Of a stretch of DNA of 64,000 nucleotides, positions 1 to 12,904 are shown piece after piece. How positions within the stretch are numbered: the first letter of the stretch is position 1; the number at the start of each line of letters is the position of its first letter. Origin of the DNA: an uncultured bacterium (GTDB lineage Bacteria; Zixibacteria; MSB-5A5; CAIYYT01). A model generated the notes under the pieces. It was not told the DNA's origin and did no database searches. It was given only the letters and a program-made list of their open reading frames with translations. The DNA is taken from NCBI GenBank assembly GCA_963726455.1, contig CAVSCK010000002.1, positions 1 through 64,000 of the forward strand. The letters are read 5' to 3'. The translations under genes were made by a program, and so were the position numbers.

Positions 1-74
1 GGGGCCGACGAGGCTCGAACTCGCGACCTCCTACGTGACAGGCAGGCGTTCTAACCAAACTGAACTACGGCCCC
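1..74 (-). tRNA. tRNA-Asp(GTC), 3' end at or beyond window edge
   Basis: Reverse complement GGGGCCGTAGTTCAGTTTGGTTAGAACGCCTGCCT-GTC-ACGTAGGAGGTCGCGAGTTCGAGCCTCGTCGGCCCC folds as a cloverleaf with a GTTCGA T-loop. Confidence 0.95.
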
Positions 75-148
75 GACAAAATCAGGGAATTCTATTTATC
101 GCCCTGGACGGGCTATGTTTCTCGACCTGCTACCGCCCGCGAAATAAA

Positions 149-222
149 TGGGCAGTACTGGGATCGAACCAGTGACCTTCTGCGTGTAAAGCAGACGCTC
201 TAACCAGCTGAGCTAACCGCCC
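149..222 (-). tRNA. tRNA-Val(TAC)
   Basis: Reverse complement GGGCGGTTAGCTCAGCTGGTTAGAGCGTCTGCTT-TAC-ACGCAGAAGGTCACTGGTTCGATCCCAGTACTGCCCA; CCA not encoded. Confidence 0.95.
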
Positions 223-452
223 TCTACTTTGCTTTCTCCGTTCTTATCCTTGATCATAATTCCGACCGGAATCAGAACGCAGTAACCCACCACCAGCAGG
301 ATTGGCGCCAACGTAATCGAACCGGCAGCCAGTGCGATAAAGCCGAGAATAATCGCGGCTACACCCGCACCGAGATAGATCCAGTTTCGTTTGCCGAAAA
401 CCGGTTGATCGATTTTGCGGCTGGTCTTGATTTTCTTAATTTGCGCCATCAT
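213..452 (-). CDS. small membrane protein (DUF3098-like)
   Basis: ATG at 452/449 behind a GGAGTG RBS; FGKRNWIYLGAG followed by two TM helices (SITLAPILLVVGYCVLIPVGIM); stop codon lies inside tRNA-Val. Confidence 0.7.
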   Translation of the reverse strand: MMAQIKKIKTSRKIDQPVFGKRNWIYLGAGVAAIILGFIALAAGSITLAPILLVVGYCVLIPVGIMIKDKNGESKVEGG

Positions 453-682
453 TTCACTCCACGAACTACCCAACTTATACAATTTGGGAGCATCGTCAAG
501 CGAAAAGTTGGACGGGTATTCGTAAGTCTTGGCACCCCAAAACACTCGCTACTGACCGCATCCGACGCCGACGAACCTTGCTTTCCCCTTACAATTCGAT
601 AGATTCGCAGAGAAACCAGGGGCCAACGCCCAGGAATGAGGCAAATCAAGGGTTATCTAATGCCGCCAGAATCACAGGTATA

Positions 683-2140
683 ATGGTCAGCAATACTTCG
701 ACAAAGCTCAAAGCGCTTGTCGGCGTCATCTCGCTGATATTCGTGGCCTTGTTCCCGATGGCCTTTCGCGATCGGGGTATTTACATCGACGAGGCCTGGA
801 TCGGCGAGCAGGCCAAGGCGCTGCTCGATCATGGGACTATGATCACGAATCTGTTTCGTGATTATCCGCCACTTGATCAGCCGATTGTAGTCTACCACAA
901 ATTGCTCGTATGGCTTGGCGTGGCGAGTTCGGCGGTCTTTGGCTGGGGATTGTATTCGCTACGACTGGTATCGGCTTTATCGGGCGTGATTATGCTGCTC
1001 GCAGTATACCTGCACTTGGCGACCGAAGAATCACGACGACGGGCGGTAATTGTTCTCATGATATTGATGTGGACACCGCTAGTCTGGGAAACGATGCGGA
1101 TTTTCCGGCCAGAAATGCTGGTGACCTGCCTGGGAGTCGCCGGATATGCGTTGTTGTTTCGAGCCAGAAAACGGACAAATATCTGGCTGGTATTAGGCGC
1201 TGGATTGCTGTCAGGACTGGCGGGTTCGGCGCATCCGGCGGGACTGGCGTTTGCCGCGGCTGGGGTGGTGGCGTTGCTGAGTGCACGTCAATTTCGTGAG
1301 GTCGCGCTGTTTCTAGCAGCCGCAGTCATCGGTTTCTTCCCGTATGTATCCGGATACTTCACCGACCGCGAGCTGTTCATGCAGCAGCTTTTTCATAACG
1401 AGACAATCGGATCGATGAGCGGTTTCCATTGGTGGAGTCCATTCGTCGGTCTATTGGAAGAACATAAACGCATCTTTCGGCAGCCCATGGTAGTCGGTAT
1501 CTCGGTGATGTTTGTACTGTCGTTATTTATGACCAAGAAGGATCGGTTCAAAGAACACCGGTTCTTCTGGACCTATCTGGTGACGCTGTTCGTCTGCGGC
1601 GCTATGTTGCCTTTTCCCAAGATCAGCCGCTACATGCTGCCCCTGGCGCCGTTCTTTGCGATGGCCTGTGCGCGTATTGTCGACGATTTGATTTCGGGAA
1701 TGAATTTGAGGCCGGTGGCTTTACGATATGCGTTTATAGTCTGGCTAGTAGTTTTCGGAGTCTATGGCGGATATGCGCTGGCTCACGCTGCGATCATAGA
1801 CAGACAGGCGCCGCTGGAGCTTGCGACGCACCGCACTTTCGCTGAGAAAATGGACAAGGGGACGCTCGTCATGGCGACGGCGAAGTTCATCTTCCCGGAG
1901 GTGGATTCATTTACGATCGAGTCATATTGGGGAGCGTACGCCAGCGCGAAAGGGCAGCGGAATGCAGAGTTTCTGGAAAACTACGCCGCCGCACAAGGTG
2001 TGAAGTATCTGGTCGTCGATGCAGAAGTTTTGCAGGTGTGGAATTTCGATCGTCGGGGGCAGGGCAATCCGTTTACGCGATACAAGCCGGTGATCATGAT
2101 GCCGGAACGAGGGTACTATCTGTATGAGAGAGCGAAGTAG
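683..2140 (+). CDS. GT-C fold membrane glycosyltransferase (ArnT/PMT_2, GT39/83-like)
   Basis: Polytopic membrane ORF; first loop 'IYIDEAW' DE motif, RPEM motif, 'SRYMLPLAPF'; start trimmed to ATG 683. Confidence 0.8.
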   Translation: MVSNTSTKLKALVGVISLIFVALFPMAFRDRGIYIDEAWIGEQAKALLDHGTMITNLFRDYPPLDQPIVVYHKLLVWLGVASSAVFGWGLYSLRLVSALSGVIMLLAVYLHLATEESRRRAVIVLMILMWTPLVWETMRIFRPEMLVTCLGVAGYALLFRARKRTNIWLVLGAGLLSGLAGSAHPAGLAFAAAGVVALLSARQFREVALFLAAAVIGFFPYVSGYFTDRELFMQQLFHNETIGSMSGFHWWSPFVGLLEEHKRIFRQPMVVGISVMFVLSLFMTKKDRFKEHRFFWTYLVTLFVCGAMLPFPKISRYMLPLAPFFAMACARIVDDLISGMNLRPVALRYAFIVWLVVFGVYGGYALAHAAIIDRQAPLELATHRTFAEKMDKGTLVMATAKFIFPEVDSFTIESYWGAYASAKGQRNAEFLENYAAAQGVKYLVVDAEVLQVWNFDRRGQGNPFTRYKPVIMMPERGYYLYERAK

Positions 2141-2343
2141 ATTGTATGCGCGTTGAGATTACTTCGTCGTTTCCACCGCCGAGCACTGCCACGCCACACT
2201 CCTCGCAATGAGAGAAGGTCGGGTGAGACGAACACACGGTTGTCAGAAGCCCTCAACAATAGAGGCAGTCGGTCACTCGTCGCTCAAGTTGTAACGGAAC
2301 AGTGTCAGTGGTAGTCGCAACAGCCGGGCTCGCTGACCTACGC

Positions 2344-2927
2344 CTAAAACAGCAACGTCTCAGTCAATTGTACCAAGAGATGCAGAAGGAAGGTGTGTTC
2401 CTCTTGAATGCGCATGGTGGAAGACGAGGGAACACAGAGGGACAGGTCACATAATGATTTGTCCTCAAGCCCGTTCGCGCCGAACAGACCGAGCGTAATC
2501 AAGGACTTGGATTTGGCGGCGCGGAATGCCTCGATGATGTTTTCGGATTTGCCGGATGTCGACAGTCCGATGAAAGAGATCATGCGGATTGCCGAGCGCT
2601 TCGACCTGACGGCTGAAGATGTATCTTGAACCCGTAGTCATTGGTTGCCGCTGTCAGGATTGAAGTGTCGACGGTGAGCGCAATTGCCGGTAGTGGCTGG
2701 CGATCAAGTTGCGAGGATAAACGAACCACCAATTCGGCGGCAAAATGCTGGCTGTCGGCAGCCGAACCGCCGTTGCCGGCGATCAGGACTTTGTTGCCTT
2801 TGCGGAAGGCGTGCGAGAGATCGTCGGAGGCCTTCAGCAGCCAGGCCTCGCGTTGCTCAGTATACGCGCCCTTGAGGGCAATCGCTTCGTTGACTGCCTG
2901 CGTGATCAGAGTTTTACGATCGGTCAT
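2344..2927 (-). CDS. gmhA: phosphoheptose isomerase, split by indels
   Basis: [33 protein letters not shown] and RIQEEH across ORFs 2580-2927 and 2344-2583. Confidence 0.9.
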
Positions 2928-3695
2928 CTGTCTTGTTGCTGGTTAGAGTAGAATGCTGATGGATGGCTTCGGCAAATTCCATAAAGAGCGCGGTGTGGTT
3001 GCTCTCCTCGAAGCGATTGCCAATTACTATGAATTGCGCGCCGGCTGCGACTTTGCGGGCGGCCATTTCGGGATGGCGAATCCCACCGCCGCAAATGATG
3101 GGCAGCGAAACTGTTTCGTGTACTGCTGCGATCATGTCTTCCGGGACAGTGTAGATGGCGCCGGAACCGGCTTCGAGATATACCAGCCGCATACCCAGAT
3201 ACTGTGCCGCCAAAGCATGGGCTTTCAAATACTCAGTTTCATGACGCGGAATGGGGTGCGTGTGCGAATAGAATTCGACCGAAGTGCGGCCGCCCGATTC
3301 GATCAGGAGATATGCGGTTGGAATCGCCTCCAGGCCATACTCCTTTACAAGTGGCGCGCCTTTGACCTGCTCGCCGATCAGGTATTCGGCATTGCGTCCA
3401 GACAAGAGCGAAGTAAACAGCACGGCATCGGCAAAGCGGCAAAGCTGGTTGGCGCCGCCGGGGAAGATAATCAATGGTATCGAGAGTTCGCGCTTGATGG
3501 CCTGTGCCACTTCCTCCATGCGCGCCGACAGCACGCCGGAGCCGCCGATCAGGACGGCATCGGCGCCACCTGCCTCGGCTGCGCGTGCACAGTCCACCAG
3601 CCGGTTGCGCGGTTGTTCGTCGGGATCGATAAGTACCAGGAATCCGGCGCCGCGAGTCTTGGACGTCTGCAATAGCCGATCTCAATGACGTTCAT
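2914..3695 (-). CDS. geranylgeranylglyceryl/heptaprenylglyceryl phosphate synthase (PcrB/GGGPS family)
   Basis: [39 protein letters not shown]; probable true ATG at 3695 abutting the alaS stop, with an indel near the 5' end. Confidence 0.88.
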
Positions 3696-7085
<3,390 letters not shown>

Positions 7086-7155
7086 GACCGAAATCTATAC
7101 GAATTTTGCCGGAAAGCCAGAAAGTTGGAGTAAGATCGCGGGAAGGATTTCGTGG

Positions 7156-8076
7156 CTAGCGCAACATGCCAAAATTGTACGCGAACGACAGCCAGGGGAC
7201 AATTGTTTCGCCTTCGCTGATGACGCGCAGCGTGGCGAACACACCGGCGTCGACTGCAATTCGGCTGTTGAACAGGCGAAAGGCAAAGCCGAACGGTTGA
7301 TTCTGAATTTCGTATTCGTCGGATGGGACGTACCAGGTTTCGAACATGATAGCCGATGATTCAGAAGTGCGCAAATATCCGCCCACAAGTGTAGCCGGGG
7401 TATTGCCGATTTCGAGGTCGCGATCCTTCTCTTTGAGGTAACCCCAGCCCAGCCCGGCGGTAATATGGCTATCCTCGCCGCCGTAGGTTGCTACGACGTA
7501 TCCGATGCCGAAGGAGGCATCGGTGATTTCGTGAGGAAGCGTTATGTAAAGGACGCCGACGGCTGCGGCGAGTTTATCAGTCAGTTGCACGCCCACTTTC
7601 GGAGAGAAGAACATGATTTGGTCGGTGATATCGGCGAAAGGAAACACAGTCATGCCTGCCATGGCGGTAATGTTGTCGGTAATTCCATACGATACGGATG
7701 GAAAGAACAGCCAGGTGTCCGAGAAATAGCCGGCCCGGCTGCGCAATGGCCTGCCGGTAGGCATCAAGATCAATCGCGAATAATTGGGATCGAAGGTGTG
7801 GAAGCGGCTGCCGGTCTCTTTGGCAGCATCCAACTCTATCCATTTGATCGACGAACGGGGAATGATTGACTCCACGCCGGCACGGGATTTTACGACTACG
7901 TTAAGCGAATCCTCGCTGACCAATGCACCTCGAACCTCGGTTCCGTCCAACAGCATGACTCTGATAGTTGAACCCGGATTGAGCTTCTCAGTGGGTGCCT
8001 GTTGCTTCTCAGCAGCGAATAGAGGAATCCATAGGCCGAGCAACAGCAGGAAAAGAATCTTGGTGATAGCTGTCAT
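7156..8076 (-). CDS. secreted hypothetical protein, possible outer-membrane beta-barrel
   Basis: Signal peptide, 'DPNYSRLILMPTGRPL', amphipathic beta pattern ending WLSFAYNF. Confidence 0.65.
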   Translation of the reverse strand: MTAITKILFLLLLGLWIPLFAAEKQQAPTEKLNPGSTIRVMLLDGTEVRGALVSEDSLNVVVKSRAGVESIIPRSSIKWIELDAAKETGSRFHTFDPNYSRLILMPTGRPLRSRAGYFSDTWLFFPSVSYGITDNITAMAGMTVFPFADITDQIMFFSPKVGVQLTDKLAAAVGVLYITLPHEITDASFGIGYVVATYGGEDSHITAGLGWGYLKEKDRDLEIGNTPATLVGGYLRTSESSAIMFETWYVPSDEYEIQNQPFGFAFRLFNSRIAVDAGVFATLRVISEGETIVPWLSFAYNFGMLR

Positions 8077-8187
8077 TCGAATCGCTCCCAAGGTGCAATT
8101 ACGATTCTGTCTGATATAGAAGACGCGTGAGGACGCTTTATGTCGAATCTACGACCCTCTCTGACTTGCTGCCGACCGTACAAGGAC

Positions 8188-8934
8188 TCAGACCTTATGC
8201 ACGACCATAGCGCCGGCCTGCGATTTGGGAAACACTATTACCTGAGCGATGTTCACATGCTCCGGACGCGCTGCGATCCAAACTATCACGTCGGCAATAT
8301 CGTCGCCGGTGAGGGGTTTTAGACCCTGGTAGACTTTCTTCGCGCGGTCAGTGTCGCCATAGAACCGCACCATCGAAAATTCGGTTTCGACCATTCCGGG
8401 ATCCACACTCGATACGCGCACCGGTGTGTCAACCAGATCCATCATCATTCCCTGGGATAGCGCATCGACAGCAAATTTGCTGGCACAATAAACATTGCCG
8501 TTGGGGTAGACCTGATGGCCGGCGATCGAGCCGATGTTGATGATGTGTCCTTTGCCACGTTTGACCATGCCGGGAATTACGGCGCGGCTGACATACAGAA
8601 GTCCTTTGACGTTGGTGTCGATCATCTCGTCCCATGCCTTGGGGTCGCCCTGGTGGAGTTTGTCAAGATTGCGGCTCAGCCCCGCGTTGTTTACCAGCAG
8701 CTCGATGGGCTGCCAGCGCGCGGGAAGGTCGGCGATGGCTTTCTCAACGGCCGCGCGGTCGCGCACGTCGAGTTCGACTATGTACGACTCGCTCGTCAGC
8801 GTTTTCGCTAGCTGCTGAAGTCGATCTTTCCGTCGGGCGGCCAGGATTACGTCGTAGCCGGCCGCTGAAAGTTTGCGCGCTGTTGCTTCGCCAATGCCGG
8901 ATGACGCTCCGGTCACTAATGCTATTTTGCTCAT
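8188..8934 (-). CDS. NADP-dependent short-chain dehydrogenase (YdfG-like)
   Basis: TGASSGIG, NNAG, YCASK catalytic motif, DPGMVETEF. Confidence 0.92.
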   Translation of the reverse strand: MSKIALVTGASSGIGEATARKLSAAGYDVILAARRKDRLQQLAKTLTSESYIVELDVRDRAAVEKAIADLPARWQPIELLVNNAGLSRNLDKLHQGDPKAWDEMIDTNVKGLLYVSRAVIPGMVKRGKGHIINIGSIAGHQVYPNGNVYCASKFAVDALSQGMMMDLVDTPVRVSSVDPGMVETEFSMVRFYGDTDRAKKVYQGLKPLTGDDIADVIVWIAARPEHVNIAQVIVFPKSQAGAMVVHKV

Positions 8935-9042
8935 ATGAAGAAGTCACCTTTCATTTCGGGGCAATTTACATCGTGGCAGAAGTTCCTGCCAGAAGTTCTT
9001 CGGATGATTTGGCGGATTAGACGTGAGCGGATTGGCTCAAAG

Positions 9043-9075
9043 AAAAAGCCCTGTCGATTTGTCGTCAACAGGGCT
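9043..9075 (-). terminator. rho-independent terminator of the PEP-CTERM gene
   Basis: AGCCCTGT...ACAGGGCT stem followed by a T-run on the minus strand. Confidence 0.7.
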
Positions 9076-9112
9076 CAAATTCGTTGTTGAAGCGCAGATT
9101 GTCCGAGGTCCG

Positions 9113-9760
9113 CTACTTCTTGCCGCGTCTGACAATGCCCAACCCCAACAGCCCCGATCCAAACAGTAACATTGTTATTGGTTCCGGGACGGTTGAGGGA
9201 GGGTTAACGCCGGTTGCGTCACCTGACATATTGTCTGTCAGCCAGAAATTGCCGGTGTCATGCAGCAACACATAGGCGATGTCATTTGAACCGGAGGTGA
9301 CAGTCAGATAGTCAAGACCAGTGCCACCGTCAATTGTGCGGTTTGGTCCCCCTGAAGTGGAGGTTATCAAAGTGCCGCCTGCGGTGTATGCTTCCAGATA
9401 GAATGTCGACGCCGAACAGTAGCCGGTTGTGAATGTGCTGCCGTCTTCGTTGAGGAAGTCGATGCGGCCTTGTCCCTGATTGGGACCCAGCCAGGCAAAT
9501 ACGTTACCCGACATAAAGTAGTCGCCGGTTCCGTAAGTGCTAGCGTTGTCGCTCGTGACATTGTAGCCACCGGTCGTAATGTCGCCGTAAACCCAATTCT
9601 GATTGTCCGTAGTTGTAAACTGGAGTCCGGGTACACCGGACGCGATAGTCTGGCCATCTTGCCCCAGTCCCCATTCGAAATTGAGGAACCAGGCATAGCT
9701 AGGACTGGCACACACCAGCACCAATCCCGCCAGTACGATGATTTTCCAAATGTTGCTCAT
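9113..9760 (-). CDS. PEP-CTERM exosortase-sorted secreted protein
   Basis: Signal peptide MSNIWKIIVLAGLVLVCASPSYA; C-terminal VPEP + TM + RRGKK; AAGGAG RBS. Confidence 0.92.
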   Translation of the reverse strand: MSNIWKIIVLAGLVLVCASPSYAWFLNFEWGLGQDGQTIASGVPGLQFTTTDNQNWVYGDITTGGYNVTSDNASTYGTGDYFMSGNVFAWLGPNQGQGRIDFLNEDGSTFTTGYCSASTFYLEAYTAGGTLITSTSGGPNRTIDGGTGLDYLTVTSGSNDIAYVLLHDTGNFWLTDNMSGDATGVNPPSTVPEPITMLLFGSGLLGLGIVRRGKK

Positions 9761-9811
9761 TGTCTTTATCTCCTTTACTTCCTTATGGCCTGCGCTTCGG
9801 GTGAGCGTATA

Positions 9812-9828
9812 AGCAACCGACGTGCCAG
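9812..9828 (-). promoter_or_regulatory. sigma-54 (-24/-12) promoter
   Basis: Minus strand CTGGCACGTCGGTTGCT matches TGGCACG-N4-TTGCW about 50 nt upstream of the PEP-CTERM ATG. Confidence 0.85.
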
Positions 9829-10177
9829 AACCTGCGAGTTTCATCCGGCCTTATATTTCAAGGGATTAGCGAAGGAGTCAGACGTGAAGCGAATCAAACT
9901 TAGATTCTATTTGTCCAAGTTTTCGACAACGAGGTAATCATGGATCAATACAATCCATTTGTAATTACATCCAAGACTATGTGTTCAGTTTGGTTACCGG
10001 AAAACTTTCCGATTGTCAGGAATTTCCACACCGGAGGAGGAAAACTATGGATATCCGTGCACGGACATCCGTGATACCCTGTCACGACTCCGACATAGTA
10101 CTAACTGTGGCACAATGCCCCAGTCAGATCACTGAGTGCGAGATAGTATTATTGAGTGAGCTAGAGGGATCGCTCCA

Positions 10178-10675
10178 CTACATCCCACGCGGAACACTGG
10201 AGTTCCACAACTCGGCGTGAAGTTTCCAGCTTCCGCCCGGCTGTCGTGCCCAGATGTTGATGCTCTTGCTCTTGTGCCATTGCGGCGGCTGGTTCTTGAA
10301 ATTGAACGAATAGCTGAATCGGTTGACGGTGTAGCCGATATCGCCACAGACTTTGATTTCAACCTGCTCAAGGTCTTTGATCTGATAGACCGCACTATCG
10401 CCACCGGAAGCAACGACTTTTTGGACCTCGGCCTTGCCTTTGATAATGTCCCAGCCATTGGGCATCATCATGGCATCGTCGGTATAGGCATCGGCGCGCC
10501 CTTTGATGTCGCCCTTGGCGACCGTTTCATTATACGCGTTGATTGCCTGCTGCAATTCTGCGGTGTCGCCGCTTGCAGTCGAGGTCGTAGTGTTGCTGCC
10601 TCCGCCGCAGCCGGCGAACAAGATTATGGTCATGCAAGCAATGGATATCATTAGAATAAATCTTGGGAATGTCAC
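10178..10675 (-). CDS. NTF2-like/DUF4440 (YybH) lipoprotein
   Basis: Lipobox FAGC; YTDDAMMMP, CGDIGY, IWARQPGGSWKL. Confidence 0.82.
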   Translation of the reverse strand: MTFPRFILMISIACMTIILFAGCGGGSNTTTSTASGDTAELQQAINAYNETVAKGDIKGRADAYTDDAMMMPNGWDIIKGKAEVQKVVASGGDSAVYQIKDLEQVEIKVCGDIGYTVNRFSYSFNFKNQPPQWHKSKSINIWARQPGGSWKLHAELWNSSVPRGM

Positions 10676-10777
10676 CTGTACCTCCAGCGTGGTTTTGTGT
10701 TTCGCGGCGGGAATATACTCTTAAGCAAGGCAATTAGCAATGGCGCTCACCGAACAGCCCAGGGTTGCTGGCGAACA

Positions 10778-11668
10778 TCACACTCGCATCAGAACGTAGG
10801 TCATTTGGGCAAGATCACTCATGTCGTGGGCGCGCCGGGTTTGACGCGTGACAATTTCTTTGACCAAAAGTATGCAAAGCATCGCCGGAATCAGGGCGAA
10901 CGCCTGAGCACGAATCTGCTCCCAGGTGGCGTCGATAGCATGTTGAATGGTGCTGCCCTGCGACGGCATTCGATATGCAAATGCGCTCCAGATGTTGCTG
11001 GCGATCCAAGTCAGCCACCACCACCCGATCAGCGACGGTGCCGAAGTGGCTTCGCTGGACAGGTCGATATCACCCCGATGCGGGTCGCTGCCAATACAGA
11101 TCTCCTTCATTACTTTGTAGGGCAGGATCAGATTGAGGAAGGGAATGAAGAAACCACCGACTGCCCAAGCCGGAGAGTTTTTCTGGTTGAATGCACGCAG
11201 GTAGAGAAGGTTGGCACTGGCGCGATATATCCAGAAGCAGAACGCCACCGCTTTCGCGACATAAATCATGAGATTCAGAAATGCGATACCACCTTGTCTG
11301 GCGTCGTTGGCAATCAAGGTCGCCTTCGTAACCTGCTCGCCGCTCGCAATGGTTTTGAGAAGAGTGATCTGCATTCCAGAAGACAAGATGCCGAGGACAT
11401 TGAACAGCATGCCGGCAACCAGTAAAACGATCACGATACGCGACAGTCGTTTCGAATCGCGAAAGGTAAGGGAGGCATGTCTGATGAATTTGCCTCCGGT
11501 CGGAGTTTGGGTGGCTGCATCCCGCAAACGGGCCAAGTCGGTACTGCGCTGTCGGTCCTGTTCGCGAGCCAGATCAGACGCACAGGACATACAGTGCCCA
11601 TCCGCATCAGGCGCGGAACCGAATGGCATATTCTTCCCGCAGCGTTTGCAGGCCGTGGCTGTTCCCAA
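10778..11668 (-). CDS. DUF4328 membrane protein with N-terminal Zn-ribbon
   Basis: WIYRASANL, SPAWAVGGFFIPFLNLILPY, WWW; CKRC...CMSC. Confidence 0.82.
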   Translation of the reverse strand: MGTATACKRCGKNMPFGSAPDADGHCMSCASDLAREQDRQRSTDLARLRDAATQTPTGGKFIRHASLTFRDSKRLSRIVIVLLVAGMLFNVLGILSSGMQITLLKTIASGEQVTKATLIANDARQGGIAFLNLMIYVAKAVAFCFWIYRASANLLYLRAFNQKNSPAWAVGGFFIPFLNLILPYKVMKEICIGSDPHRGDIDLSSEATSAPSLIGWWWLTWIASNIWSAFAYRMPSQGSTIQHAIDATWEQIRAQAFALIPAMLCILLVKEIVTRQTRRAHDMSDLAQMTYVLMRV

Positions 11669-11903
11669 TTCATTGCCTCCGAATATGTTCTATTTATCGG
11701 TCGATGTTGATAGCGTCCTTAACTTCCGGCCAACACTCTGGACTGGAGCAAGTTACGGCGGCGGCGAGTCGCTCGTGTGGCACATTTCCCCGTCTTCTGC
11801 GATCAGGGGAGCTTACTCCACCGGATGGATAATCGGAATCGTATTATAGCAGATAGATATAGTCTGGTTTTGTGGACAAGTGACACTTGAGGAGTTGGCG
11901 CAA

Positions 11904-12358
11904 ATGAGCAACAAGATTTCAACTGATGAGGTAAAAGTATTTCTGCAAGTGTTGGATCGCTTCGAGTCGACCAACTACGATCGTGCCAGGCGACAGTTTA
12001 TGCAACTTCAAACGGATGCCCCGATTATGTGTCATTCAAGCAGAGGTGTCCGCGCGGGAGTGAAGCCTTTTCCGATTTCAACCGCGTGATGGGCGCGTAC
12101 GAAATTGCGGGTGCGCTGATCAAGCGCGGCGCACTCAACGAGGACCTCTTTTTTGACGTGATCTCGTCCGTCAACCGGTTGTGGCGTACGGCGCAGCCGT
12201 GGGTAAACGGTTTACGTGACGAGATGGAAGACCCGGCGATCTTCGACAATGTCGAGTGGCTGGCGGACCACATGCAGGAATGGCAACGCCATCGCCGCAC
12301 AGCGAACAACATTCGCAAGCGCAAACGGGTATTGGCGACGGCGGGTGCGAAGAAGTAG
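11904..12358 (+). CDS. hypothetical protein (DUF4760-like), frameshift near 12020
   Basis: GGAG RBS, MSNKIST... continues in the next frame as YEIAGALIKRGALNEDLFFD...FDNVEWLA. Confidence 0.6.
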
Positions 12359-12403
12359 CAGACGACGGGATTTTCGGCGTCTTCGAAAAAGCCAAAGGTA
12401 AAA

Positions 12404-12894
12404 GTAGGTCGGGTTCCGAACGATGGTCCGATCTACAAATACGCTGAGTCTAGAAATGCATCAGGGGGTGTTATTGTGCCAGAATATTTACTGAGTGAGA
12501 AACCCGACAGTCTTCGTGGGAGCAGATGAGCGAATGTCGGGTTTCTCGTCCTGTGGTGTCGCTGAAGCGTGCCGCTGGTCAGTCGAATTTGCGATTCTGA
12601 GACGATTGTCAATACGGGCGACGGACTCTGAACCCGACCTACGAAACTTTGCCATTTTCCCAGGAGTAGTTTAGGCGTCGCCAATAAGGAACGTAATCAC
12701 ATTTGAATGGCGAAATGTCGGGTTTCTCGTCCGAAGTTGTTACCCGAGCGAGTGGCAAATCAGACAGACCTAGGATAGTCGAGGCGAATGCAAGGACGTA
12801 TAATGGACTCGGAACCCGACCTACAAAACTGTTCGCTGCTTCTTTGCCATCTCTCTGTATCCACTCTTTCGGGGGAAGATCAAACCCGACCTAC
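12404..12894. repeat. REP/MITE-like cluster (GTAGGTCGGGTT / TGTCGGGTTTCTCGTCC ends)
   Basis: Units 12404-12509, 12535-12642 and 12716-12824; lone ends at 12883-12894 and 13984-14000. Confidence 0.8.
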
Positions 12895-12904
12895 GAAACT
12901 GATC

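Noticed and set aside
2953-3675. Long antisense ORFs (also 24383-25237, 10697-11425, 55396-56112)
   Set aside because: These are shadow frames opposite well-supported genes in GC-rich DNA.
10080-10108. Extra TGTCAC-N18-ACTGT match to the ECF motif
   Set aside because: It points into the 3' end of an opposite-strand gene with no downstream ORF, so it is likely chance.
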